Shown one piece after another: positions 1 through 8,146 of a stretch of 64,000 nucleotides of DNA (the stretch's first letter is position 1; each line of letters begins with the position of its first letter). Below the pieces are notes generated by a model. The model saw nothing but the letters and a program-made list of their open reading frames with translations. It made no database searches and was not told the DNA's origin. The DNA is from Longimicrobiales bacterium (GTDB lineage Bacteria; Gemmatimonadota; Gemmatimonadetes; Longimicrobiales; Gaopeijiaceae). The stretch lies in contig CBDBCF010000001.1 in NCBI GenBank assembly GCA_965202985.1, positions 1,344,001 to 1,408,000 of the forward strand, written 5' to 3'. The translations under genes were made by a program, and so were the position numbers.

Positions 1-1159
1 CGGCGATGCCGTCCCGCCCCAGGCGAACCACGCCGCCCCCCGTGTCCACCAACACGTCGAACTGGAACATCGCGTGCTTCACGGGGAAGTCGAGGATCGC
101 TTCTCCCGGCGCCAGCCCCAGCTCTCGGGCGGCTTCGTCTTCCCATCGGCGCTTCTCCGGCGAGTCGCCGCCCACCCACGCCGGAAGCGAGCACCCCTCC
201 AGCCGCCATGCCGAGACCTCCACGGCGCGCTTCGGCAAGCGCCGGTTCCGCAGCGCCGGCAGCCATCGGCCGGCCAAGCGGGCCGCCCGCTCGTCGGAAG
301 AGGCCTTGGCGCGGCGTTCCAGCTCGTGAAGCAGCTCCTCGTCGGTCGGCCCCACCAACTCGGCCGGCGAGAGCAGCTTCGCCTCCACGGCCGTCTCCAC
401 GATCCGCTTGTAGAGTCCCGTGGCCGACCGCACCGCGTGATGCCAGTACACGGTTCGGAACATCTGGTACTTGGAGAAGAGCAGCGATTCCAGGGCGCTC
501 AAGGCCTTCGCCCTCAACCCCACTTCCCACGCTCCGGTTTCGGGGTCCCGCAACAACGCCAACCCCTGCAGGAGCCGGTCCACGTCCACCGCGCCGTAGG
601 GGACGCCGCAGAACCAGGCGTCTCGGCGCAGGTACTCCATCTTGTCCAGGTCCAGGCTGCCGCTGACCAAGCCTCGCAGCGGGGCGGCGCCGCGCCCGCG
701 GATGATCTCCAACACCATCTCGGCGGCCCCTGGGCCCAGCGGCTCCAGGGCGGTCGCAAGCTCTTCCGACGCGAAGAAGCGGCCCCCTACCTCTTCGTGA
801 CGGCCGGCGATGCGGTCCGGCTCCAGCTCTTCCAGGGCGTGCGAGAAGGCGTAGTGGCCGATGTCGTGAAGCAGGGCCGCATAGGGGATCAGCCGGGCGT
901 CGCCCCACGCCGACAAGGGCGAAGGCTGCTTGTCTCGGATGATCCGCAGCGCCTTCGTGGCGAGGTGATAGACGCCCAGGGCGTGGTCGAACCGCGTGTG
1001 CGTGGCCCCCGGATAGACCAAGTGCGCCAAGCCCAGCTGTCGGATGTAGCGAAGCCGCTGAAAGGCCGCTGTGTCCAGAACGGCGGCGGCCACGGGGTCC
1101 ACGCGGATCGTGTTCCACAGGGGGTCGCGGATGACGAGAGATCGTCCATGGTCCAGCAT
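1..1159 (-). CDS. HD-domain phosphohydrolase (dNTP triphosphohydrolase/SAMHD1-like), 3' end beyond window
   Basis: Absent from the ORF track (no stop in window). Manual translation from ATG 1159: MLDHGRSLVIRDPLWNTIRVD...FQRLRYIRQLGLAHLVYPGATHTRFDHALGVYH...AALLHDIGHYAFSH, which are the classic HD dNTPase motifs. Confidence 0.9.
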   Translation of the reverse strand, partial: MLDHGRSLVIRDPLWNTIRVDPVAAAVLDTAAFQRLRYIRQLGLAHLVYPGATHTRFDHALGVYHLATKALRIIRDKQPSPLSAWGDARLIPYAALLHDIGHYAFSHALEELEPDRIAGRHEEVGGRFFASEELATALEPLGPGAAEMVLEIIRGRGAAPLRGLVSGSLDLDKMEYLRRDAWFCGVPYGAVDVDRLLQGLALLRDPETGAWEVGLRAKALSALESLLFSKYQMFRTVYWHHAVRSATGLYKRIVETAVEAKLLSPAELVGPTDEELLHELERRAKASSDERAARLAGRWLPALRNRRLPKRAVEVSAWRLEGCSLPAWVGGDSPEKRRWEDEAARELGLAPGEAILDFPVKHAMFQFDVLVDTGGGVVRLGRDGIA

Positions 1160-1216
1160 GGAGCGCCAACGTAGTTGCGTTGGGCGGACGCCGGCAAGCA
1201 GGACCGCCGAGCAGCG

Positions 1217-1245
1217 TTGACGGATACCGAACAAAATACGAATAT
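1217..1245 (+). promoter_or_regulatory. Putative sigma70 promoter with overlapping GAAC-N7-GAAT direct repeat (SOS-box-like)
   Basis: TTGACG at 1217-1222, 17-nt spacer, weak -10 GAATAT at 1240-1245. GAACAAAATACGAAT at 1229-1243 lies in an AT-rich patch upstream of a UvrC-like gene. Confidence 0.4.
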
Positions 1246-1255
1246 CGTAGGCGTC

Positions 1256-2353
1256 ATGACGGAACACCCTTTACGGGCGCGAGTTCGGACACGCGCCGAA
1301 GACAGGCCCGGCGTCTACCGTTGGATCGCGGGCGACGGACGCGTGCTCTACGTGGGCAAGTCGGTCCGCGTGCGGTCGCGGCTTCTGTCCTACTTTCGAG
1401 CGCGCGGCGGCAAACTGGAGCGGCTTGTGCGGCAAGCCCGAGGCGTGGTGTGGAACTATGTCCCGAACGAGTTCTCGGCCCTCTGGCAGGAGATGCGGCT
1501 CATCCGCCGGTGGAGACCGGAATTCAACGTGGAGCACAAGCGCGGACGGCGGTACGGCTTCGTGAAGATCACGCGGGAGCCGGCTCCGCGATTGCTCTCC
1601 GCGACAGGCCTCTCGGACGACGGGGCGCTGTACTACGGCCCGTTCGCGCGAGCGAGCTGGCTTTCCCAAGCCGTCCGAGACCTTGCCCACGCGATAGGAC
1701 TGCGGGACTGTCCGGGCCGCACGCCCGTGCACTTCGGGGACCAACGGGAGCTCTTCGGCGGCCGGCGGACTCCTCTTTGCGCCCGGGCCGACCTTGGTAC
1801 CTGCCCGGCGCCCTGCGCGGGCCGCGGCTCCCGCGCGGACTACGACCGGCGCGTGGCCACGGCCCGGGCCTTCCTCGAGGCTCGCAGTCGACAGCCGTTG
1901 GAGGAGCTTGCCCGTTCGATGGAAGACGTGTCCGTACGCTCGGACTTCGAGTACGCCGCAGAGCTTCGGGCGCGCTTGGCCAGGCTCCGAAAGCTCCGCA
2001 GCCACCTCTTGGCGTTCCGCGGTCGGCTCCAGGCCATGAACTTGGTCTACCCGGTGGCGGGCTACGGGGGCGAGGACCACGTCTATATCATCCGCCGAGG
2101 CCGCCTTCACAGCGAGTGGCCCGCGCCCGCCGGCGAGGCGGCCCGGCGACGCTTGGCCGGCATCGTGAGTCGGACCTTCCGACCCGCGTTCGACGACCGG
2201 CACGCCGCCATGAGCGCCGCTGCCGCCTCGGAGGTGCTCTTGGCGGCTGCTTGGTTCGCCCGACACCCCGAGGAACGCCAGCGGGCCTTGGATCCGCGCG
2301 AGTGGCTGGCCCGAAACGGTACGCACCCTCCCCCGCCCCGACGTATCTTGTAG
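1256..2353 (+). CDS. GIY-YIG nuclease, UvrC N-terminal/Cho-like excinuclease
   Basis: PGVYRW...VLYVGKS..VRSRLLSYF, EMRLIRRWRPEFN, YYGPF, CPAPC and a UVR-like DFEYAAELR segment. It lacks the RNase H and HhH C-terminal half of full UvrC. Confidence 0.85.
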   Translation: MTEHPLRARVRTRAEDRPGVYRWIAGDGRVLYVGKSVRVRSRLLSYFRARGGKLERLVRQARGVVWNYVPNEFSALWQEMRLIRRWRPEFNVEHKRGRRYGFVKITREPAPRLLSATGLSDDGALYYGPFARASWLSQAVRDLAHAIGLRDCPGRTPVHFGDQRELFGGRRTPLCARADLGTCPAPCAGRGSRADYDRRVATARAFLEARSRQPLEELARSMEDVSVRSDFEYAAELRARLARLRKLRSHLLAFRGRLQAMNLVYPVAGYGGEDHVYIIRRGRLHSEWPAPAGEAARRRLAGIVSRTFRPAFDDRHAAMSAAAASEVLLAAAWFARHPEERQRALDPREWLARNGTHPPPPRRIL

Positions 2354-2439
2354 ACGCTCCGCACGAGGACCCGCCCTGCCGAGCTCCCAAGCGACCGCCC
2401 CGGGGGAGACGCACCCGGCGCACCAAAGGAGGAACTGCC

Positions 2440-3147
2440 GTGAATCTCTCGACCGATTTCAACGTGTGGACCCTCGTGTCCGTGCTGCTGAGTGCCACTG
2501 GACTCTATTTGGCGATGAAGTGGGAGAGGCGCCGCGAGCTGGACAAGCGCTTCGACAAGGCCGAACAACGCGCCAACGAACGCTTCGAGAAGATGGACGA
2601 ACGCTTCGACAAGGCCGAACAACGCGCCAACGAACGCTTCGAGAAGGTGGACGAACGCTTCGACAAGGCCGAACAACGCGCCAACGAACGCTTCGAGAAG
2701 GTGGACGAACGCTTCGACAAGGCCGAACAACGTGCCAACCAGCGCTTCGAGAAGGTGGACGAGGGCCTTGACAAGACCGAGCAACACGCCGACGAACGCT
2801 TCGACAAGGTGGACCAACGCTTCGACAAGGTGGCCACGAAGGACTGGGTTGCCGGACAGTTCGCCCAAGCCAACGACCGGATCGACGAGGTGGGAAATCG
2901 GGTCGACCGGGCAGACGGCCGGATGCGCGAGGGGCTAAGGGACGTGACGGCGTCCGTAGCCGCCCTGGGCGTCAAGGTTTCCGACCTGCAGGCCGAGGTC
3001 CGGGCCGTGAGTACGAAGCTCGACGAACGCACCTACAGGAGCGGGGTGTTGGTCCCCGAGGCCACGGTGCGCGAACCCGCCTCCGAGTATCGCGGGGACG
3101 AGCGGGTCGAGAAGAAGGACGGCGAGGACGAAGGCGCTACTTCTTGA
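2440..3147 (+). CDS. Membrane-anchored coiled-coil repeat protein (DUF1640/CCDC90-like)
   Basis: AAAGGAGG RBS before GTG 2440; N-terminal hydrophobic helix; 18-aa repeats ERFDKAEQRANERFEKVD; ATK motif after the repeats. Confidence 0.7.
   Translation: MNLSTDFNVWTLVSVLLSATGLYLAMKWERRRELDKRFDKAEQRANERFEKMDERFDKAEQRANERFEKVDERFDKAEQRANERFEKVDERFDKAEQRANQRFEKVDEGLDKTEQHADERFDKVDQRFDKVATKDWVAGQFAQANDRIDEVGNRVDRADGRMREGLRDVTASVAALGVKVSDLQAEVRAVSTKLDERTYRSGVLVPEATVREPASEYRGDERVEKKDGEDEGATS
2548..2830 (+). repeat. 54-bp intragenic tandem repeat, 4 near-perfect copies plus about 1 degenerate copy
   Basis: CGCTTCGACAAGGCCGAACAACGCGCCAACGAACGCTTCGAGAAG(A/G)TGGACGAA starts at 2548, 2602, 2656 and 2710. 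Confidence 0.95.
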
Positions 3148-3730
3148 CGGCGGTCCACCGCATGGCGGGGATCGGTTCGCCGCGGGCGCACGACTCGACC
3201 AGGACGGCCAGTCGTCGGCGTCGAGTCTCTTCGCGCTTTGCGCTCACGACCCACCACGCCACCTGTTTTCGGTAAGACGGGCGCGCGGCCTGGAAGTAGC
3301 GCCAAGCGGCGGGGTCGGCGCGGATTTCGGCCTCGTATGGGGGCGGCAGGCTCACGTCCGCCTGCTCGTAGGACGCCTGCCTCTCCTTGGCGCGGTTCCG
3401 GTCTCGGTAGGCCGCCAGCCCGGCTTCCGCCACTTGTCCCGCCGCCAGCAGCTCGGCCATCCGAGCCAAGTTGCGTGCGCTCCAGTGGCTGTCGCGCCGG
3501 CGCGGCGTGAATCGGATTTGGTAGCGCCGGTCGTCGATGGACTTGCGGATGCCGTCGATCCAGCCGAAGCAGAGCGCCACGTCCACGGACTCCGGCCAAG
3601 TAATGCTGGGCACGCCGGACCCCACCTTGTAGTAGCCCACCCACTGCTCCGCCAGCTTGTCGTGCCGCGTCTCCAGCCAAGCCCGGAACTGGACCGGGCC
3701 GGCGAAGAAGAGCGGCTCGCCCGAGGTCAC
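3137..3730 (-). CDS. YdeI/OmpD-associated family protein
   Basis: FRAWLETRH...WVGYYK...ITWPESVDVALCFGWIDG...RFTPRR..SHWS.RN; C-terminal SAKREETRRRRL. GTG start overlaps the upstream TGA (GTGA). Confidence 0.88.
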   Translation of the reverse strand: MTSGEPLFFAGPVQFRAWLETRHDKLAEQWVGYYKVGSGVPSITWPESVDVALCFGWIDGIRKSIDDRRYQIRFTPRRRDSHWSARNLARMAELLAAGQVAEAGLAAYRDRNRAKERQASYEQADVSLPPPYEAEIRADPAAWRYFQAARPSYRKQVAWWVVSAKREETRRRRLAVLVESCARGEPIPAMRWTAVKK

Positions 3731-6204
3731 GAAGCGGGCATCAGCGTCCACCGTTCCGCCGCGACCGATTCCACCCGCTCGCGCGAGTAGAAGACGGGGA
3801 AGTAGCGGTCGGCGGCCCACAGGTCGAAGAGGTTGTCGTAGAAGGGCGAATCCGGGACGCCGGACTGGCCGGGCGTGTTGGCGCCCAGGGTCCGGTCCCA
3901 GTCGCCGGTGTCCACGATGATCCGGAACGACGCGCCCGAAGTTTGATTGTCGCTGCTGCCCGTGTTGTTGAGCGTGTAGCTGTTCCCGCCCCTGGGCGCG
4001 GGGCCGACGCTGAGTCGCGCCGCCAAGTCGTCCGACACGACCTCGGAGAGCGGATGACGAATGGTGGCGTGCTTGTAGGCGGCTTGCCCGTAGCGCCAGC
4101 CCTCCATGTCGCCGCCGAGCTTGGCCTCCAATTCCTGCACGGCTTCTTCCAGACTGCGGACCAGGACTTGGTCGCGACCGACCACGGGATCGACGCCGAA
4201 TTCGCCTCCCGGCGCCTGCAAACGGCGCACCACCTTGACCATCGCCATGCTCCGCAGGAAGTCTCGGGTCGCCGGAGGCGCGACCAGGGCATGCACGTTG
4301 CGTCGCAGGCGGGCCTCGAAGGCCGCGTAGATGCCCGCCGCGACCGATTCCGGCGCCAGCACGTAGTCCCACCCCAGCAGCATCCGCCGAGCTTCTTCGA
4401 CTTGGGCGACATCGGACGAGACGTGCCGCAGCAGGGGAACCAAGGTTCGCGCAGGCATGGACAGGTAGTCGGTCTGCAACGCCGCCATGTCCGCCATCGA
4501 GTGGCGGCGGCCGGAGCCCAGCACCTCCGACGCTCGGGCCCACCGGTAGGGGTCCGACCACTCCCAGCCGATGGCGTCTCGGTGGGGGTAGTCCGGCGGC
4601 GTCAGGTGGTTGTTGGCGGTGACGAAGAAGCCCTCGGGCGGGTTCAGTACGCTGGGCTTGGCCGGGATCGGCAGGTAGCCGTCCCACTCGTACCGCCCGT
4701 CGCCGGGAACCGGCACCAAGCCGGACCAATTCCGTCGCATGGGCGCAATCCCCACGGCCTGCCATCCGATGTTTCCGTCGCGGTCGGCCCAGACCATGTT
4801 CTCGCCCGGGATGTTGGACCAGCTGCACGCCTCCACGAACTCTTCCCACGTCTTGGCCTGGTCCATGCGAAGGCTGGCCAGGTAGGGAGCGCCGCCGGGC
4901 TCCAGCCACGCCGCGCGGACCGCATAGGCCACGTGGTTTTCCGGGTCCTCGTGGACCACTGGGCCGTGGCGCGTGTACTTGAGCTCGGCTCGGTGCGGCG
5001 CCTCGCCCTTCACCGGGATCTCCTCGACGATCACCGTCATCTCTTCCCATGCGTCCCGGTACCGGTAGCGGTTGGGGTCGGCCGGATCGGTGCGGTAGAC
5101 GTACAGGTCCTCGCCGTCTGTCCTGAACACCGTGAGGCCCCAAGCTCCGTGCCCGTTGTGGCCGATGCTCACGCCCGGTATCTCCGGCTCGCCCCCGCCG
5201 ATCACGTTCCACCCCGGCCCCACCAAGTGCACCCAGTACCGCAGCGAGGGGGCCGACTGGGCGCGGTGCGGGTCGTTGGCCATCATGGGGAAGCCGCTCT
5301 CCGAGAGGCGTCCGCCCACGATCCAGTTGTTGGACCCCGTGCTCTCGCGGTCCGCGTTTCGCCACGGGTGGACATTCGAGCCGGCGGCGGCGTCCAGCAA
5401 CAACCGAGCCGGGCCGCTTCTTCGATGCTCCGGCATCAAGTGGTCGGGTCGGAAGCGGATCGGCCGCCGGAACGCGTTGTACAGCCGGAGGATGTCGGCC
5501 CCCAGCAGGCTGCCGTCGATCGCCGGGTCCAGGTCGATCTCCGGGTCGCCCGGGTGGAAGTTCGCGACTCGCTTGACGGCATCGCTGCCCGCGGCGGCGA
5601 CCGCCCGGCCGTAGTTCAGCTCGGCGCCGATGTTTCCCAGCAGTCCCTGGTGGCGGGAGATCACGACTTCAGGGGTCCATCGCTTGGGACGGATGCCGAG
5701 GAGGCCGAACTCGACGGGCAACAGCGACGGGTCGGCCTCGGTCCGGGCGATCCACGCGTTCACGCCGTCCACGTAGGCCGGAATGATCTCCGACCCCCGG
5801 TCGTGGTAGTGGTTCATCTCCTGCGTCATGTCGCCCCGGTACTTGAAGAGGCGGAAACCGACGTCGCGCTCGATCTCCGACGGCCCCAGCATCTCCGCGG
5901 CCGTGCCTGTGGCCTGGGCTCGCCACACCTCGAACTGGAAGAGGCGATCCCGGGCGGCGGCGTAGCCCTGCGCGAAGAAGAGGTCGTACTCGGTCTGCGC
6001 GTAGATGTGGTTGATGCCCCAGCGGTCGCGGACGATCTCGACAGGCACCTGCAGGCCCGGAACCGCGACGATTTGCTGCTCTTGGGCGGGGCGGCCTTGC
6101 TGGGCAGCCGCCTCCGCGACGCCGACTGCCAAGAGAACGACCGCTCCGGCCAGCATCCGGGGCGCGGGTGCCGCAATAAGGCAAGGATCGAAGTTGGTCT
6201 TCAT
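3727..6204 (-). CDS. Penicillin acylase family Ntn-hydrolase (peptidase S45)
   Basis: Signal peptide; RDRWGINHIYA, FAQGYAAARDRLFQ, GSNNW beta-subunit nucleophile, ANDPH, PGQSG. Confidence 0.93.
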   Translation of the reverse strand: MKTNFDPCLIAAPAPRMLAGAVVLLAVGVAEAAAQQGRPAQEQQIVAVPGLQVPVEIVRDRWGINHIYAQTEYDLFFAQGYAAARDRLFQFEVWRAQATGTAAEMLGPSEIERDVGFRLFKYRGDMTQEMNHYHDRGSEIIPAYVDGVNAWIARTEADPSLLPVEFGLLGIRPKRWTPEVVISRHQGLLGNIGAELNYGRAVAAAGSDAVKRVANFHPGDPEIDLDPAIDGSLLGADILRLYNAFRRPIRFRPDHLMPEHRRSGPARLLLDAAAGSNVHPWRNADRESTGSNNWIVGGRLSESGFPMMANDPHRAQSAPSLRYWVHLVGPGWNVIGGGEPEIPGVSIGHNGHGAWGLTVFRTDGEDLYVYRTDPADPNRYRYRDAWEEMTVIVEEIPVKGEAPHRAELKYTRHGPVVHEDPENHVAYAVRAAWLEPGGAPYLASLRMDQAKTWEEFVEACSWSNIPGENMVWADRDGNIGWQAVGIAPMRRNWSGLVPVPGDGRYEWDGYLPIPAKPSVLNPPEGFFVTANNHLTPPDYPHRDAIGWEWSDPYRWARASEVLGSGRRHSMADMAALQTDYLSMPARTLVPLLRHVSSDVAQVEEARRMLLGWDYVLAPESVAAGIYAAFEARLRRNVHALVAPPATRDFLRSMAMVKVVRRLQAPGGEFGVDPVVGRDQVLVRSLEEAVQELEAKLGGDMEGWRYGQAAYKHATIRHPLSEVVSDDLAARLSVGPAPRGGNSYTLNNTGSSDNQTSGASFRIIVDTGDWDRTLGANTPGQSGVPDSPFYDNLFDLWAADRYFPVFYSRERVESVAAERWTLMPAS

Positions 6205-6432
6205 GCGGGTCGTTCGCTCCGTGGATGGACGACTTCTTTGGGTGACTTGGCATCAAGGTCAAAGGTGGCACACGGCGGGGCAGTGGCCAAATGGTTGGTG
6301 GTTGCCGGGTGCCGTGGAATCGGATACGTTCAGGCATGATGCACGTCAAGCTGAGCGACGAGCAGTGGGGGCGGATTCGCCACCGCTTCCCCGAGAAGTT
6401 ACGGCACGGCGTGGAGGCGGTGACGTTGGAGG

Positions 6433-8127
6433 ATGTGGCGCGTCGGCGGCTGGCGCTCGGAGGCTAATCCCTTGGACGGCCGGCCCTCGGGGCGAGCTCC
6501 TGCACGGCGACGACGAATCGGCATACTCCTGGGCAACACCGATTGCAATCCGTGGCTCTACGAGACCGTGCGGGACCTAGCCGCGGCGGACAACATGGAG
6601 CTGTGGTTTCTGGTCAACGACCGCCCGCCGCCGTGGCATACGACCCTTGCCCGTGTCTGCTTTCGCGTCCTGGCGTTCGCCGAGTCCGCCCTCATGCGGT
6701 TGTGCCGGTCCAAGACGGCTGCGGCACGGAGTCCGACCAGGAGCGTCTTGGCCTTTTCCGAGCGAGTGCTGTCCGTGTCGCCGGAGTTCTCGCCGTCGGG
6801 ACTCTCGGTTCGATACCCGGTCAAGGACATTGAGCGGATCCGGGAAATCGGGTTTGACCTCCTTGTCCGCGGCAACGCTGAACGCATCTTCCGCGGGGAC
6901 ATCCTCCACGCCGCGAAGGACGGGATCTTGTCCTGGCACTACAGCGACAACCGCTGTATCCGAGGCGGCCCGCACGGATTCTGGGAAGTCTACCATCGGC
7001 AGCCGTCGTCCGGCTTCGTTCTGCAGGTGCTGACGGAGGAACTCGACGGTGGGAGCGTCGTGTTCCGGGGCAATGTGGCGACGCAACGGTTCTACACAGC
7101 CAATGCCGCCTCGCTTCGCAACCAGAGCAACCCGTTCCTTGCCAAGATCGTTCGGGACTACGCCGACTCCGGACGTCTCCCCAGGCCGGAGGAACCGGTT
7201 CCTTACTCGGGGCCCCTGTACCGCACTCCTTCCGTCGGCCAGTCGGCACGCTATGCGTTGCGGGTGGCGGCGACTTTGCCGGCGGCGGCTTGGGCCCGGT
7301 TTCGTGCCAAGAGCCGCATGCGGACGAGTCCGTGGCAAGTCGCTTTCGTCGAGAGGCCGTGGCGCGTCGCGGTGCTGCGGCGCGGTACTCGCATCAGGAA
7401 TCCCCCCGGAACGTCCCAAGCCGACCCCTTCGTCGTCGCCCGCGACGGCCGCACCGTCGTTTTCGTTGAACAGTTGGTGCACGCAAGGAAGCGAGGGCAC
7501 ATCGCGGCCGTCGAGCTGCTTGGGGCAAGCAAGTACCGCATGCTCGGGCCCGTCATAGCGGAGCCTTTCCACATGTCTTTTCCGTACGTCTTCGAGCACG
7601 AGGGGCGCCTCTACATGACGCCCGAGACCACGGAAGCGAACGCCTGTCGGCTCTACGAATGCACGAGGTTTCCTCTCGAGTGGACGTATCGCGGCATTCT
7701 CTGCGAGCGGCCTCTGCACGACCCCATCGTGTTCGAGCACGAGGGTCTGTGGTGGCTGTTCGGCACCGAGTGCGTGGGAGGCCGCGAAGCGACTTTCTTG
7801 CTGGCCTTCTGGGCTGACAACCCGCTGTCTGGAACGTGGTCCCCGCACCAGTGCAATCCGCTGGTCGTCGATCCGCAAACGGCCCGCAACGGGGGCATCC
7901 TCTTCGATGCCGGGGGGGACCCCGTCCGCGTCAGGCAAGCGTACGGCTTCGGCGCAAGCGCAGCCTACGGGGAGTGTTGCTCGCTGGCTCGGATCACGAA
8001 GCTGACGCCCCGTGCCTTCGAGGAGCAGCAGATTGCGGAGATCGCTCCCGAGTTCTTCCCGGGAATCCGCGGGTGCCACCACATGAGCGGCAACGACCGC
8101 TGGACCACGTACGACTACCGCCGCTGA
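6433..8127 (+). CDS. Formyltransferase-like N-terminus fused to a GINT1_N/GH43-like beta-propeller (polysaccharide-modifying protein); start uncertain
   Basis: ILSWH..DNR..RGGP.GFWE...LTEELDGG (Formyl_trans_N-like); ADPFVV, HMSFPYVFE, ARNGG (propeller). Confidence 0.65.
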   Translation: MWRVGGWRSEANPLDGRPSGRAPARRRRIGILLGNTDCNPWLYETVRDLAAADNMELWFLVNDRPPPWHTTLARVCFRVLAFAESALMRLCRSKTAAARSPTRSVLAFSERVLSVSPEFSPSGLSVRYPVKDIERIREIGFDLLVRGNAERIFRGDILHAAKDGILSWHYSDNRCIRGGPHGFWEVYHRQPSSGFVLQVLTEELDGGSVVFRGNVATQRFYTANAASLRNQSNPFLAKIVRDYADSGRLPRPEEPVPYSGPLYRTPSVGQSARYALRVAATLPAAAWARFRAKSRMRTSPWQVAFVERPWRVAVLRRGTRIRNPPGTSQADPFVVARDGRTVVFVEQLVHARKRGHIAAVELLGASKYRMLGPVIAEPFHMSFPYVFEHEGRLYMTPETTEANACRLYECTRFPLEWTYRGILCERPLHDPIVFEHEGLWWLFGTECVGGREATFLLAFWADNPLSGTWSPHQCNPLVVDPQTARNGGILFDAGGDPVRVRQAYGFGASAAYGECCSLARITKLTPRAFEEQQIAEIAPEFFPGIRGCHHMSGNDRWTTYDYRR

Positions 8128-8146
8128 CGGCCGGGGCGGGCATGCC

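Noticed and set aside
2548..2830. Regular repeats as a possible CRISPR array
   Set aside because: No unique spacers, in-frame 54-bp coding units, no cas genes.
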